Source: Octopus vulgaris (lineage: Eukaryota). From it: a stretch of DNA of 64,000 bases. Location of the stretch: NCBI GenBank assembly GCA_951406725.2, contig OX597832.1, positions 4,092,001 to 4,156,000 of the forward strand, given 5' to 3'. Under the pieces are notes generated by a model. The model did not search any database. It worked only from the letters and a program-made list of their open reading frames with translations, and was not told where the DNA came from. A program made the translations under genes and the position numbers. Of the stretch, positions 62,358 through 64,000 are shown piece by piece; position 1 is the stretch's first letter; the number at the start of each line of letters is the position of its first letter.

Positions 62358-63383
62358 TCATCATCATCATCATCATCGTTTAACGTCGTTTCCCATGCTG
62401 ATATGGGTTGGATAGTTTGACAGGAGCTGGCCAGCTGGGGTCCTGTCCAGACTCCAAATTGTCTGTTGTGGCATGGTTTCTACAGTTAGCTGCCCTTCCT
62501 AATGCCAACCATTTTATAGAGTGTGCTGGTTGCTTTTTACATGTCACCGACACGGGTGCGATTGCATAGCACCGGTACGAGTGCATTTTATGTGGCACCG
62601 GCACCTGTAAAGGACAAACCTGTATGTATGAAGGACTTCAATTCTACTTAGCTTGATACATCTTCTCAAGTACAGCAAATTGTGACAACTCCCAGTCCCA
62701 GTCCATCAGTGAGACCCAGTGTCTGAAGACCCTTTTCCCACCACTTCGTCCCACGTCTTCCTAGGTCTACCCCTTCCATAGGTTCCCTCTACAATTAGAC
62801 CTTGACACTTCTTTACACAGTTGTCCTCATCTATACACATCACATGAGCAAACCAGCAACGCCTTCTCTCCTACACACAACATTTGATGCCTCTTATACC
62901 CAGTTCTCCTCTTAAACCATTTACACTCTGCCATATGTGCAGACACTACCCATTCGGTAGAGCGCGCTAGCTTCATTTATTTCAAGCCCTCACAAGTCCT
63001 CTGTAGTCAAAGCCCATATTTCACTGCCATGTAACATTTGTTGTACGTACACAAGCATCATACAATTTGCCTTTCACTCTGAGAGAGAGGCCCTTAGTTA
63101 CTAAATTTTATCCAGCCCGTTCTTATTTTAGCAACTACACTTTCAGAACTTCCTCCTTCACTGCTAACTTGGTCACCTAGGTAATAGAAGCTATCTACTA
63201 CTTCTAATGATCCTCCCGAGCATTTGAGGGAGTCTATTGTCTGTGCATGTTTTGTGCTTATTGTACCCGCACATTTACCACACACAAATACTATTTTCTC
63301 CGCTAACCTCCCAATGATACAGATACACCTGTTATGTGTCAAAGCTTGCACTGAGTACAACGTATGGAGTTTCTACCAACACT
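62358..63383 (-). mobile_element. 5'-truncated RTE LINE
   Basis: LEVVDSFYYLGDQVSSEGGSSESVVAKIRTGW..F, same family as 33245-34190, with 3' UTR and tail. Confidence 0.88.
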
Positions 63384-63710
63384 CAGTACATTCCGTGAAG
63401 TGGCTGGCGTTAGGAAGGGCATCCAGTCAGAGAAACCAAGCCAAAGCAGACTATGGAACCCGGTTCGACCTCTAACCTTGCCAGTTCCTGTTAAGCCGTC
63501 CAATCCATTCCAACATGGAAAACAGGCATTAAATATTGAAGATTATGATGATACACACACAGATATATATATATATACATGCGCATATATATATATATAT
63601 GTGTGTGTGCGTGTGTGTGTGTGTATACACACACTCGCGCGCGCACATATATATATATACACACGAGTGTTACCAGCGGATGATAAAAACGCTCAGTCGC
63701 TGAGTACATA

Positions 63711-63930
63711 TTGCGTGCTGGCCTACATCCTATGATGAAAATTGATAGAAATTTACTTTGGGTGGGTCACGTACACAAGATGGACAGCAACAGATTCCAC
63801 AAACAAATCCTTTACTCCCAACTATGCAAGGAGAAAAGAAGCCATGGCAGACCTAGACTGAAATTCAAAGATATCGCAAAAGGGAACCTGAAGTGGAAAG
63901 TAATTGATCATGATAAATGGCAAACCGAAG
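63711..63930 (+). mobile_element. RTE/BovB-like LINE C-terminal fragment
   Basis: LLWVGHV.KM...R..KQILYSQL...KR..GRPRL.FKD. Confidence 0.8.
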
Positions 63931-64000
63931 CAAAAAAAAAAAAAAACGGCCAATATTATCAAGTTATACCAAAACCATAAACAGTCATATTCGTGATGAC

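Overview
This is AT-rich, microsatellite- and SINE-dense eukaryotic DNA. The repeat families look like those of an octopus (coleoid cephalopod); that is an inference, not a database result. The window holds two spliced genes arranged head-to-head, 1.86 kb apart. PCID2 (TREX-2 subunit) is on the minus strand: 12 exons from ATG 21801 down to 2275, 328 codons, with the 3' end off-window. TRAPPC14/MAP11/C7orf43 is on the plus strand: 12 coding exons, 23666-50778, 599 aa, with every splice phase consistent. The rest is RTE LINE fragments and their (GAT)n-tailed 3' ends, tRNA-derived SINEs, Penelope-like fragments, a decayed hAT transposase, many MITEs and long (TA)-rich microsatellites, which explain most of the long ORFs in the track. 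Three observations stand out. (1) A near-perfect inverted copy of 143 nt of TRAPPC14 exon 2 lies ~740 nt upstream in intron 1 and could be an ADAR editing-complementary sequence. (2) A 4.8-kb U12-type PCID2 intron apparently has AT-AT termini. (3) Five Penelope-type hammerhead ribozyme motifs are present, and the copies on the pre-mRNA sense strand are the damaged ones.
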